NCBI GenBank assembly: GCA_028286485.1
Contig: JAQBRM010000007.1
Coordinates: 1 to 49,600, forward strand
Direction: 5' to 3'
Source of the DNA: Candidatus Nomurabacteria bacterium
GTDB taxonomy: Bacteria; Patescibacteriota; Minisyncoccia; Phycocordibacterales; UBA9973
Length of the DNA stretch: 49,600 nt
Below are positions 1-8,872 of this stretch, one piece after another. Each line of letters opens with the position of its first letter. Within the stretch, counting starts at the first letter, position 1. A program made the translations under genes and the position numbers. Under the pieces are notes generated by a model that had not been told where the DNA came from, did not search any database, and was given only the letters and a program-made list of their open reading frames with translations.

Positions 1-1777
1 ATTTGAGCGCCGGCGCATCATTGATACCGTCACCTTGATAGCCAACGACATAATTTGTCTTTAAGGCTTTAATAATAGCGTATTTTTGTGTCGGCGAAAC
101 GCGGGCAAAGACATGGGCGTTTAGAACCGCTTCCAGAAAGGCTTCCGGTGATAGGGCATCCAGTTCGTCTCCGGAGTATACGACGGTCTGATTATCCACG
201 AGACCCACTTGCCGGCCGATGTAGCCGGCTACTTCCTTGCTGTCCCCTGTCAAAATTTTAATTTGTATACCAAGTCGCTGTGCTTCCTCGATAGTATGCT
301 TGGCACTGGCGCGCAACGGATCACTGAGGCTGACGTATCCCAAGAAGAGCAGCGTATCCTCATGCTGCAATATATCGTACTGGTCATCGTAGTCAGCGAT
401 TTTTTTGTATGCAAAGGCGATGTGATGCAGGCCGGTCGCACCTTCTTGAGCGATGGTCTGCGAGTACTCCTTTTTATTGGCAGTGACTGCGATTGTCATG
501 ATGACTTCTGCCGGCCCTCCCACTACCATGTAGTAGTAATTGTTCTTTGTATCGTGCAACACGACTCGTCGTTGTTTATCATCAGGATCAAACGGCAGCT
601 CTTTCACAATGACAAAGGCTTTGGCTTTTTCTTGAATGTCTGGTGAGGTATACGACAAGAATGCATCGTCATAGGTGTTCTGAGTGCGTCGTTTGCGACT
701 TTTCAGCACCGTGATAGCAGCGAAGGCCAACGTTTCAAAAAATTCCGGATCGGGGCCGACGACTGTTTGAATAACCATTTTGTTTTCGGTCAGCGTGCCG
801 GTTTTGTCGGTACAAAGAATGGCGATGTTTCCCAAGTCTTCCATTGATGATAAGCGCTTCACTACCACGTGTTGTTTGGCCAGCTTCAATGCTCCGCTCG
901 ACAGTGAGACGGTGGCGATAACGGGCAATACTTCGGGTACTACGGCAATGGCCATGGAAATGATGAACAATAGCAGCTCCGTGAAGTGCAAGGGCCCTTG
1001 GTTTAAAAATAGCTTTAAAACAAACACGATCGTAAGCGCAATGATGACTATTTTAATCAGGACGGCGCTGAACGATTTCAAGGATTTCTCATACTCGGTA
1101 TCCTTTTTGGTTTCCGTCGAGAGTGCCACGATTGCACCGAACTCCGTTTGCGTACCGGTGGCGTAGACTACGCCGGTCGCCTCCCCTTTCTCGATCACGC
1201 TGCCGGTGAAAATAAGGCCGGTATCATCAGTTAAAGTGCCCGTGACACTTTTTTTCATGAGCGGTAATGACTCACCAGTCAGGGACGATTCATTTACCTG
1301 CAAGTCGTCCGCTGCGATGATGCGCATGTCGGCCGGTGCGATATCACCTTCATGCAGCACGAGGATATCTCCGGGCACGATCTCTGTTTGGTTGAGCAGC
1401 AGCATCTGCCCGTCGCGCTTCACGCGAATGGTTTTGGTGATGAAGAGTGAGAGCTTCTCGATGATTTTTTCCGATTTATATTCCTGAAAGAATCCCAGCA
1501 ACGTGTTGACCAATAAGATCACCAAGATAACGGTTCCATCGGAATAGTCCCTGATCGAGTATGAAATGATGCTGGCAATGAGCAGCAAGTACACCAGCGT
1601 GTTTTGAAATTGATGCCCTAAAACAGAAAACAAACTGACCGAGTGCGTCGGTAACATATTCTTGCCGTACATCGTTGTTCGCTTCGCCACTTCCTGCGTC
1701 GATAATCCTTCAACCGACGAATGTAATGCCTCAAACACCTCCTCTATCCCGCTCGCCATCACTTCCTTTTTCAGCAT
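1..1777 (-). CDS. Cation-transporting P-type ATPase (Ca2+/Mg2+-type), partial; C-terminus lies beyond the window start
   Basis: Absent from the ORF track because it is open at the window edge. Minus-strand translation from the ATG at 1777 gives MLKKEVMASGIEEVFEALHSSVEGLSTQEVAKRTTMYGKN (cation-ATPase N-terminal domain). The DKTGTLT phosphorylation motif is encoded at 788-808 and GDGINDAPAL at 5-34, both in frame with 1777. Confidence 0.9.
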   Translation of the reverse strand, partial: MLKKEVMASGIEEVFEALHSSVEGLSTQEVAKRTTMYGKNMLPTHSVSLFSVLGHQFQNTLVYLLLIASIISYSIRDYSDGTVILVILLVNTLLGFFQEYKSEKIIEKLSLFITKTIRVKRDGQMLLLNQTEIVPGDILVLHEGDIAPADMRIIAADDLQVNESSLTGESLPLMKKSVTGTLTDDTGLIFTGSVIEKGEATGVVYATGTQTEFGAIVALSTETKKDTEYEKSLKSFSAVLIKIVIIALTIVFVLKLFLNQGPLHFTELLLFIISMAIAVVPEVLPVIATVSLSSGALKLAKQHVVVKRLSSMEDLGNIAILCTDKTGTLTENKMVIQTVVGPDPEFFETLAFAAITVLKSRKRRTQNTYDDAFLSYTSPDIQEKAKAFVIVKELPFDPDDKQRRVVLHDTKNNYYYMVVGGPAEVIMTIAVTANKKEYSQTIAQEGATGLHHIAFAYKKIADYDDQYDILQHEDTLLFLGYVSLSDPLRASAKHTIEEAQRLGIQIKILTGDSKEVAGYIGRQVGLVDNQTVVYSGDELDALSPEAFLEAVLNAHVFARVSPTQKYAIIKALKTNYVVGYQGDGINDAPALK

Positions 1778-1849
1778 ATGGGGAAAGTATAGCAGATAAG
1801 GCGTGAAGGAAATAAAAAAAGTCCTGAACATGTCAGGGTATGAAAATAC

Positions 1850-2011
1850 TTACCGGAAAGGGATGAAGAAAATATAATAAGAATGAGGGTTCGCCCATGC
1901 AGCGGTGTAGCGCGATGAAGTAAAAATAAGCACTCCGAGAGTTGTCATGGCAATGAGGCTGGCGTATAAGAAAAATTCTTTGCTTAAATGTATGCTATGA
2001 GATTGCTTCAT
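1850..2011 (-). CDS. Hypothetical 53-aa single-TM mini-protein (below the ORF-track size cutoff)
   Basis: My own translation gives MKQSHSIHLSKEFFLYASLIAMTTLGVLIFTSSRYTAAWANPHSYYIFFIPFR, ending at a TAA at 1850-1852. It lies between the GT2 gene and the P-type ATPase on the same strand. I have no homology evidence. Confidence 0.2.
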   Translation of the reverse strand: MKQSHSIHLSKEFFLYASLIAMTTLGVLIFTSSRYTAAWANPHSYYIFFIPFR

Positions 2012-2064
2012 TACTTCTCAGTGTAGAAGTCAATTATGAAGCCAAGATGAACACGGGGAAGAAG

Positions 2065-2751
2065 TTATTTTCTGGCGGAAAAGAAATTGATGAAATATTT
2101 ATAAGAAATCGTGAGAAATCCTTCTCGCACGAAGCGACGGCCGGACGTTGGCATGATCAACCGGGGGTCGAAATGAATCGTGCCGAATTTTGAGATGCGT
2201 TTGGCGGTATTGGTATCTTCTCCGTAGAATTCGATACTGGTATCATAACCATGCGTTTTTTCCATCACCGAGGCACGGATCAATGTATTACCGCCTACCA
2301 ATACCCCACCCTGCTTGATAAATGATAGCTGCAACACGGTATTCATCAGACGAGAGAATATCTGAAAGGTCAGCAGGAAAAAATGTTGCGCCACAAATCC
2401 GAGGTCATAATACCAGTAGGGACCACTCACCCCCGCTACCCGTTCATCAGCAAAATGCACGATACCGCGACTCAGCCAATCCGGTGGCGGCAGACAATCA
2501 GCATCGATATTGGCAATGATATCTCCCGTAGCATGCTGTCGGCCGCATTCTCGGGCATATAAGATACCCTTTCGCGGTTCGTCTACTACGGTAATGGGAA
2601 ATTGCCGCGCTATTTCCTTAGTGCGATCGTTGGAATTATTATTGACTACAATGACTTCAAATGAAGGGTGGTCTTGGGCCAGAACGGCTTCAAGCGTGCG
2701 GGCGATAAACCCTTCTTCATTGTTGGCAGGAATGATAATGGAAACTTTCAT
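2065..2751 (-). CDS. Family 2 glycosyltransferase
   Basis: 228 aa. The N-terminus VSIIIPANNEE...VIVVNNNSNDRT and the DADC acidic motif are typical of the GT2 (GT-A) fold. Confidence 0.85.
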   Translation of the reverse strand: MKVSIIIPANNEEGFIARTLEAVLAQDHPSFEVIVVNNNSNDRTKEIARQFPITVVDEPRKGILYARECGRQHATGDIIANIDADCLPPPDWLSRGIVHFADERVAGVSGPYWYYDLGFVAQHFFLLTFQIFSRLMNTVLQLSFIKQGGVLVGGNTLIRASVMEKTHGYDTSIEFYGEDTNTAKRISKFGTIHFDPRLIMPTSGRRFVREGFLTISYKYFINFFSARK

Positions 2752-2760
2752 ATGAGGTAT

Positions 2761-3354
2761 TTATTCTAGCTTTTTTCGCAAACGCTTGAGGTAGTGGAAA
2801 ATGAATACGCCGGCAATTATAAGTACGGCAATCAACGATCCTTTCCCGATAATACCGTGGATGCGCGTATAGAGTTCCCCAAAGAAATACCCTAATGCCA
2901 ATAAGGCGCCGGACCATAGTAATTGTCCCAAGATATTGGTACGGATGTATTTCCAAAACGGAATGCGGACGATACCGGCCGTCGTCAGCACTACCATCGC
3001 CAAGCCCAACCCATTGCTGATTTTTGAAAAAAACAATATCTTGTATTTATTGTCGTGAAAAAGCATTTTGACCTTCTCAACCTTTTCTTCGGTGATAGTG
3101 AAATACTTTCTTAATTTATTGATCACCTTCTCGCCATAATGATAACCGATATGGTACAAGATCACATCGCCGATCAAATCCCCCAGCATCAGGGAAATAT
3201 AAACCGGAAGAAAATAAAAATGATTCAAACGCAATAGTACTCCCAACAGCACGGATAAAATCGGCCCTTCCGCCAAGGCAATAAGCACGATCATCAGATA
3301 GATGAGATATACATGCTGTGCGCCAAATTGTACGAGCCATTGTTGTAATTGCAT
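2761..3354 (-). CDS. DedA/VTT-domain membrane protein
   Basis: Multi-TM protein with a DedA-like core (LIALAEGPILSVL...GDLIGDVILYHIGYHYG). I chose the ATG at 3354 (MQLQQWLVQFG). The longer track ORF to 3432 would overlap the upstream ApbE gene. Confidence 0.8.
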   Translation of the reverse strand: MQLQQWLVQFGAQHVYLIYLMIVLIALAEGPILSVLLGVLLRLNHFYFLPVYISLMLGDLIGDVILYHIGYHYGEKVINKLRKYFTITEEKVEKVKMLFHDNKYKILFFSKISNGLGLAMVVLTTAGIVRIPFWKYIRTNILGQLLWSGALLALGYFFGELYTRIHGIIGKGSLIAVLIIAGVFIFHYLKRLRKKLE

Positions 3355-3364
3355 GAAATTCTTC

Positions 3365-4225
3365 CTATTGTAGCATGAGAAAACCGTCGGATTGCTCGAT
3401 GGAATAATCTGCTCGTACCAATAGGTATTCAAATTGATACTTGCTCAACATCCCGTGTTGAACAAAAAACAGGCACGTAGCAATGGCATCGGCCAATATC
3501 GTGCTGTCCGCCATGACCCATATGGCAATAATATCAGTTGGCGAAGATAGTTTCTGGGGATTGATAATGTGATGAAAATCCCCCCACTTTCTTCTATTAC
3601 CCGCCGAGCCACAGAGGCTTTTATTTTGTAATTCCACTACGCCGATAACTTGTGTCGGAACATCCGGATGTTCCAGTCCTACCCGCAATGGTTCAATATT
3701 ACGATGCAGTATGTCACCGCCGGCATCAACGCAGAATGCCTTAATGCCCTGCTCTTGCAGCAATTCCCCTACGATATCAATCAAATATCCCTTGCCGGCG
3801 GCGCCAAAATCAAATAAGAAGGGCTTTTTCACTTCCAATACCGGCGGAACATAACTCATGACCTCATCCCATTGCGGTGGAGCGGTTAATGGCCGGCTTT
3901 GCTGCAATGAATATGTTGCGTCATATCCTGCATCAGCCAAGACTTGTCCCATGAATGGCGTAAATAATCCTCCCGTTAGTGTATATAAATCGTGATAGAG
4001 GGACAGCATGGGTTCGGCATCCTGTGGTAACGTATACTCCCCCGCTTGTTGAGATATTTTTGTGACAATAGAATCCGCTCGGAATCGTGAATAGGTTTTT
4101 TCAAACAACTCAATGCGTTCACGAATCAATAATAAAAGAACACTTTCTTGCGCTGAAGAAAGTGCCTCATATATATCAATCTGCCAGTGCGTGCCAATGG
4201 CTTCAAATGCGAAATGAGAAGCCAT
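3365..4225 (-). CDS. apbE: ApbE-family FAD:protein FMN transferase
   Basis: 286 aa with ApbE-like segments (FEAIGTHWQIDIY, SRFRADSIV, GKGYLIDIV, VDAGGDI, LCGSAGNRRKW). It is adjacent to an FMN_bind-domain gene. No N-terminal signal peptide or lipobox is visible. Confidence 0.8.
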   Translation of the reverse strand: MASHFAFEAIGTHWQIDIYEALSSAQESVLLLLIRERIELFEKTYSRFRADSIVTKISQQAGEYTLPQDAEPMLSLYHDLYTLTGGLFTPFMGQVLADAGYDATYSLQQSRPLTAPPQWDEVMSYVPPVLEVKKPFLFDFGAAGKGYLIDIVGELLQEQGIKAFCVDAGGDILHRNIEPLRVGLEHPDVPTQVIGVVELQNKSLCGSAGNRRKWGDFHHIINPQKLSSPTDIIAIWVMADSTILADAIATCLFFVQHGMLSKYQFEYLLVRADYSIEQSDGFLMLQ

Positions 4226-4230
4226 GAATA

Positions 4231-4752
4231 CTATGCCTTAGCCTGTGCTTTAATTTGAGTGATAGCGTCATTGAAGCCGCGGCCGGTCAAAGAAGATCCG
4301 GAAACCTTATCAAGCTTCAATATACTGATATCTTTTCCTACCACATACGGTGTATAAGCGCCGGCAAAGATTTGTTGGTAGTGCGCAGAAGTACCATCGT
4401 TTGCCCCTTCTTTGAGAGAGACCGCGGTAATTTTATCGGCTTTCAGTGTGACGGTAACACCCAACTGATCCAATCCCCCTGGCGACATGTATGAACCGGT
4501 AGCGGTATACGTGCCATCCTTATAGGCACTTGCCGCTACAGGAGTAGTCGAAGGATTTCCCACCGGAGTAGTAGTCGGTGTCGTGGTTTGCGGAACAGCT
4601 GTCACTGGCGCCGTTGAGGTGGATGAATCTGTAGAGGTTGAAGCGGAATGTTGTGTTGCATACGTGATACCTATTAATGCGAGCAGTCCGACAATGGCGA
4701 CGCCGATGCCGAGATTTTTATTCGACTTCTTTTGTGTTTCTTGTGGTTCCAT
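4231..4752 (-). CDS. Membrane-anchored FMN-binding (FMN_bind) domain protein, likely ApbE substrate
   Basis: It has an N-terminal TM segment (LGIGVAIVGLLALIGITYA), an S/T/P-rich linker and a C-terminal domain. The domain carries DKVSGSSLT (encoded at 4285-4311), which resembles the [S/T]GA[S/T] flavinylation motif. Confidence 0.7.
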   Translation of the reverse strand: MEPQETQKKSNKNLGIGVAIVGLLALIGITYATQHSASTSTDSSTSTAPVTAVPQTTTPTTTPVGNPSTTPVAASAYKDGTYTATGSYMSPGGLDQLGVTVTLKADKITAVSLKEGANDGTSAHYQQIFAGAYTPYVVGKDISILKLDKVSGSSLTGRGFNDAITQIKAQAKA

Positions 4753-4777
4753 AGGGCCTAGTATAAATTATTTTTTA

Positions 4778-5155
4778 TTATATTGCTAAAATATCATCAC
4801 CGTACATAAAAATGCAGAACGTGGCAACTGCCAATCCAAAGTCACGCACGCCAATCTCGCCGTATCCTACCGTATACATGATATCGAACAGGTGCAGTGC
4901 CAATAGTAATGCTACCCATCGCACCTGCCAACCGAAGAGCAGTAATGTTCCCAATACTACTTCCACCAGTCCATTGAAGGTGACGAGGGTGGAAGCGCTG
5001 ACATGAGTAAGGGTTACAATTGAGTCCGGTATGTAGGCAATCCATTGCGCGTTATTGATCAGCTGCTGGACGCCGAACCAGAGTATTACCAGCGATAAGC
5101 CATAGCGGAGCACGGCAGGGGCATACAGGCGAAGTTTCATTGCGGCGGTATTCAT
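4778..5155 (-). CDS. DoxX-family small membrane protein
   Basis: 125 aa with about four hydrophobic segments. The LSLVILWFGVQQL and LLLFGW patterns resemble DoxX. Confidence 0.65.
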   Translation of the reverse strand: MNTAAMKLRLYAPAVLRYGLSLVILWFGVQQLINNAQWIAYIPDSIVTLTHVSASTLVTFNGLVEVVLGTLLLFGWQVRWVALLLALHLFDIMYTVGYGEIGVRDFGLAVATFCIFMYGDDILAI

Positions 5156-5205
5156 GATAGCAGTATAAACTTATACGTATAATTTCTCAATTTCTTTCAC
5201 TGCTA

Positions 5206-6696
5206 CTATTCCACGTGCACCGTGATATCAGTGCGCTCATTTTTTAATTTCAATGTCAGTGCAAAGAACGCACCGATCAGCACAACGATGCCGGAAATAA
5301 TGAACACGTAGTTGTAGGCATCAATCTGCGCTTTCAGCTCAATCAGCGAAACATACCGTTGAATATCCAACACGGCATGGCTGTGCAGCACACTCCATTG
5401 ATTGATGAATAAAATATTACTGTTCGTCCTATTGGCCAGAATGGTGCCGAACAAGGCGATACCGAATGCGCCGGCCACGTTGCGCGCCAATGCCAAGATT
5501 GATGATGCGACGCCGATTTCATGCGGATCAACCACCGATGCAATGATATTGGTACGCTGCGCCATGCCGAAACCGAGACCAAAGGCCATGACACATAGTG
5601 GAATGATCAAACCCACTGCCGTAGTCTTGGGATCAAGGTGCGCGAACATGAACAAGCCAATGGCGGTGACGAGCGTGCTGGCAAAAATCACATAGCGAGA
5701 CTGTACCCTGCCCATCAATGCGCCGCCGACCGGCGCGGCCAGCATCATGGCAGCCGCCATGGGCATGAAAAGATAGCCGGCTTCCGTGGCGCTGTAGCCA
5801 AGGAATGTTTGGGCAAAGACCGGCAAGAGGAATAATCCGCCCATCAATCCCATGAAGACCACGAAGTTATTGAACAATGTGTTGACGAAGGCGGGGATTT
5901 TGAAGAAGCGCAAATCCACAATCGGCTCAGGAACATTTTTCTCAATGCGAATAAATACTGCGAGAAATATCACTATCAATGAATAGCAGAGGATGCTCAG
6001 ACCGGAAAGCCAACCCCATGTCGCGCCTTGGTCGAGCACTAACACCAATGATGACAGCATGCCACCCAAGGTGATAGCACCCCACCAGTCAAAGAAAACT
6101 GACTTCACTTCGGAGCGGGACTCATTGATGAATCTCATGGCCATGAGCAACCCCAGAATACCGACCGGTAAATTTATTAGAAAAACCGATCGCCAACCGA
6201 AGTTATCGATCAATGGGCCGCCCAGTAACGGTCCGAAGACACTGGCCGCCGCAAATGAACTGGACCAGATGCCCAAGGCTTGCGCGCGTTCTTTTTGTTC
6301 CTTGAATGTCACCGCCAAGATGGCCATAGCGGTCGGATAATCGGCTGATCCGGCAATGGCTTGAATGACTCGGAAGACGATCAATGAGGACAGGTTCCAC
6401 GCCAAACCGGCCAAGACCGAGCCGAGGATGAAAATAGTGAAGCCCAGAATATACACTTTCTTTCGTCCGATGGTATCGCCGAGCTTGCCCCAAATAGGCA
6501 CAAAGATGGCATTGGCCAGAATATACGCCGTGGCAATCCAGCCGGCCGCACTGACCGTAATGTGAAAGTCACTGATGATATTGGGCAGTGCCAAGTTGAC
6601 GATTGTTTGATCGAGACGGCCCAAGAAGGTACCGATAATCACCGTCAATAAAATCCACCAGCGCAGACTGCTTTTCTTTTCGACCGCTTTGTCCAT
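5206..6696 (-). CDS. MFS transporter, DHA2 (EmrB/QacA-like) drug:H+ antiporter
   Basis: 496 aa with about 14 TM segments. It shows MFS motif A-like GKLGDTIGRKKV and DHA2-like LDQTIVNLALP. It starts 1 nt after the upstream adaptor gene. Confidence 0.9.
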   Translation of the reverse strand: MDKAVEKKSSLRWWILLTVIIGTFLGRLDQTIVNLALPNIISDFHITVSAAGWIATAYILANAIFVPIWGKLGDTIGRKKVYILGFTIFILGSVLAGLAWNLSSLIVFRVIQAIAGSADYPTAMAILAVTFKEQKERAQALGIWSSSFAAASVFGPLLGGPLIDNFGWRSVFLINLPVGILGLLMAMRFINESRSEVKSVFFDWWGAITLGGMLSSLVLVLDQGATWGWLSGLSILCYSLIVIFLAVFIRIEKNVPEPIVDLRFFKIPAFVNTLFNNFVVFMGLMGGLFLLPVFAQTFLGYSATEAGYLFMPMAAAMMLAAPVGGALMGRVQSRYVIFASTLVTAIGLFMFAHLDPKTTAVGLIIPLCVMAFGLGFGMAQRTNIIASVVDPHEIGVASSILALARNVAGAFGIALFGTILANRTNSNILFINQWSVLHSHAVLDIQRYVSLIELKAQIDAYNYVFIISGIVVLIGAFFALTLKLKNERTDITVHVE

Positions 6697-6697
6697 A

Positions 6698-7336
6698 CTA
6701 TTTGATATAGACTGTTATCTTGGCGGACATGCCATTCTTGAATTCCGGATGCGCTGCGACATCGTAACGAACTTTCACTTGGAAATTTTGCGCGGCACGC
6801 TTGTCGGAAATATTAAAGACGATGCTGGTCTGATCGGAGGTCGGACTGATCTCATCCACCACGCCGGTGAACTGTTTGCTGCCGAATGCATCGACGGTGA
6901 AGATTACCGGCTGCCCGACTTTGATATTGGCAAGGCCTTTGTCTTCTTGAACGGTACCGACAACGCGAAGTTGTGTGGGATCAATCATGGTAACTACCGG
7001 TGTACCGGGCATGATAACTTGTCCCGGAGTATTTTGCGTAGCGATGACCGTACCGGTAACCTTGGCGGTCAGAATTTCCGAGCCGACATGCGCCACTGTT
7101 TCGCCGGCCGTGACCGTGTCCCCAGGCTGTACATCGACTTCTTGCAACACCCCTTCGGCTTGCGGGCCGATTGCAATAGCGGGAGCAATAACTTGAGAGT
7201 TATCAATGGAGACATGAGATGACATTGATTTCCAGATGATCAATGCGCCCACGGCTAATACGATGATGATAATGCCTACGAGACTTTGCACCCATGGTTT
7301 TGAGAAGATACTTTGTTTTATTTCAGATTGTTCCAT
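6698..7336 (-). CDS. HlyD-family adaptor, short form (TM anchor + lipoyl + beta-barrel, no hairpin)
   Basis: I chose the ATG at 7336 (MEQSEIKQ), which lies 1 nt after the upstream TAA at 7338-7340. It has a TM segment (LVGIIIIVLAVGALIIW) and lipoyl-like VQPGDTVTAGETVA. The beta-barrel-like C-terminus includes GQPVIFTVDAFG. Confidence 0.75.
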   Translation of the reverse strand: MEQSEIKQSIFSKPWVQSLVGIIIIVLAVGALIIWKSMSSHVSIDNSQVIAPAIAIGPQAEGVLQEVDVQPGDTVTAGETVAHVGSEILTAKVTGTVIATQNTPGQVIMPGTPVVTMIDPTQLRVVGTVQEDKGLANIKVGQPVIFTVDAFGSKQFTGVVDEISPTSDQTSIVFNISDKRAAQNFQVKVRYDVAAHPEFKNGMSAKITVYIK

Positions 7337-7337
7337 A

Positions 7338-8309
7338 TTATTGGGTAGTGATGCTAATAACGGCTTTGTTGGCAGTGGCGGATGCACCGGCTTTCAGATC
7401 GGCATCGATGAATGACACAGTGCCGTTGCTTGGCGCGATGATGAAGTTGTTGCGATAGTTGGCCAGAGCGGATTGATAGACGCCTTGTGCGGCATCAACG
7501 GCGGCTTGTGAGGTATTGGCGCTGGATGACTGGTTGAGGTTGGCGGCAAATTGGTTGAGGACTTGATCACGCGTGCTGACTGCCAAGTCGTATGCATTCT
7601 TGTTGGTGACATAGCTTGCTGACTTGGTATTGGGAATACTGACCGTCCACTTTGTCGCTCCGGCAAATCCTGAAGTGAATGAAATGAAGAGCCCGCAACT
7701 TCCCAACGGCTGGGGCGTATTGAAGGTCACTACGCCATTGCCGCTTTCGAGGCCGCTATAGTTGAATGAAAATCCTGAGTTGGTGCCGGATGGATAGGGA
7801 TCGATTTCATATGAGCCTTCATTGGCACAATTATACGTACCGGTAATGATCGGCAAATGGCTGTCATCTTGTACGGATGGCACTGCTGCCAACCCGCTTG
7901 AAAGCAAAGTACGGTAAGCATTCTGCACCAACGTATCCTGCTGCTTTTTTGCATTGGCATACTGCACGTTCATGGAAGCGTACTGTGCTTGCGCCAGCTC
8001 CAATGCACCCTTGGCCTGTGTCAGTGATCCGGCAGCGGCTCCGGCATCCAATGAGGCCAGCACTTCCCCTTTGGTAACATGATCCCCTACTTTGACGGAA
8101 ACGCTGGCAATACGGCCGCCTTGCGGAAAGCCTAATGCCACGGAATTATTAGTAGTGTCGGTACTGATGACATTGGCATTGCTGGCAACATCGCTCGGCA
8201 CGTTGACGGTCGGCGCTTTGCCGACGGAATGATATAAGAAAACTCCCGCGATAATTGCCACGATAGCAACGATTGGGATGATGATTTTGGGTTTATGGAA
8301 TATGTTCAT
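7338..8309 (-). CDS. HlyD-like adaptor, hairpin/insert form (TM + lipoyl halves + coiled coil + beta-rich insert; lacks beta-barrel)
   Basis: 323 aa. It has an N-terminal TM segment, the lipoyl half VKVGDHVTKGEVLASLD and a coiled coil. An insert of about 100 aa (nt 7590-7910) is paralogous to the insert in the 13437-14999 protein. The protein ends just after the second lipoyl half (IIAPSNGTVSFID). Confidence 0.7.
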   Translation of the reverse strand: MNIFHKPKIIIPIVAIVAIIAGVFLYHSVGKAPTVNVPSDVASNANVISTDTTNNSVALGFPQGGRIASVSVKVGDHVTKGEVLASLDAGAAAGSLTQAKGALELAQAQYASMNVQYANAKKQQDTLVQNAYRTLLSSGLAAVPSVQDDSHLPIITGTYNCANEGSYEIDPYPSGTNSGFSFNYSGLESGNGVVTFNTPQPLGSCGLFISFTSGFAGATKWTVSIPNTKSASYVTNKNAYDLAVSTRDQVLNQFAANLNQSSSANTSQAAVDAAQGVYQSALANYRNNFIIAPSNGTVSFIDADLKAGASATANKAVISITTQ

Positions 8310-8316
8310 ACGAAAA

Positions 8317-8763
8317 TTATTTTACGAGCGTTCGGATAATGGCTGATAACTGTTGTTTTTGTTCAAGGCTTAATTTCTTGAGCAGGGCGGTCAACAGTAC
8401 GGTTTTCTTTTTCTGCAGGCTTTGCTGTACTTTCTTGGCTTGCGGGGTGAGTATCACTCGCACGCTGCGACGATCACCCACGGCATTCTCGCGCTTGACC
8501 AGCTTGTTCCCTACCATGGCATCAATCAATGTCGTGGCGGAGGGCGGCGTGATACGTAGGTGATGGGCGATGTCTTTCATGGTCGGATGCTGCTGTTCGC
8601 CGAGGTACTGCATGATTTCCAAGTGAGACATCGAGCAGTGCATGGTGCGGACTTCCTTGCGGTACAAGTCCCCGAAGGTGTGCTTGAACACGTTCAGCAA
8701 GGCTTGCAGCTCCGCAATATCGAATTCCTTGCGTGTTTTTGTTACGGGTTTTTTCATTGGCAT
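8317..8763 (-). CDS. MarR-family transcriptional regulator
   Basis: 148 aa with a winged-HTH signature (LEIMQYLGEQQHPTMKDIAHHLRITPPSATTLIDAMVGNKLVKRENAVGDRR). It is the first gene of the adaptor/MFS operon. Confidence 0.9.
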   Translation of the reverse strand: MPMKKPVTKTRKEFDIAELQALLNVFKHTFGDLYRKEVRTMHCSMSHLEIMQYLGEQQHPTMKDIAHHLRITPPSATTLIDAMVGNKLVKRENAVGDRRSVRVILTPQAKKVQQSLQKKKTVLLTALLKKLSLEQKQQLSAIIRTLVK

Positions 8764-8785
8764 ATATGGGTACTATTCTTAATAC

Positions 8786-8805
8786 TTAGTAAAACTAACT
8801 ATTAG
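8786..8805. promoter_or_regulatory. Overlapping TTAG/CTAA palindromes in the marR leader (candidate MarR operator)
   Basis: TTAGT-AAA-ACTAA lies at 8786-8798 and CTAA-CTA-TTAG at 8795-8805. Both sit between the predicted -10 element and the marR start. Confidence 0.3.
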
Positions 8806-8813
8806 ATATCCTT

Positions 8814-8841
8814 ATATTATCGGAAAATACCATTTTGTCAA
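8814..8841 (-). promoter_or_regulatory. Sigma70-like promoter for the marR operon
   Basis: On the minus strand, TTGACA (8836-8841) is followed by a 16-nt spacer and TAATAT (8814-8819). Confidence 0.5.
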
Positions 8842-8872
8842 ATAAAAAATCCCCTCAGGTAGAGGGGATTTT
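8841..8872 (-). terminator. Rho-independent terminator overlapping the stop of the 8855-9244 gene
   Basis: The stem pairs AAAATCCCCTC (8846-8856) with GAGGGGATTTT (8862-8872). It is followed on the minus strand by a T-run. Confidence 0.65.

Noticed and set aside
209-1487. Plus-strand track ORFs 209-646, 780-1166 and 1206-1487
   Set aside because: They lie antisense inside a continuous minus-strand P-type ATPase reading frame with canonical motifs (DKTGTLT, GDGINDAP). Their translations are low-complexity and family-less, so I treat them as shadow ORFs.
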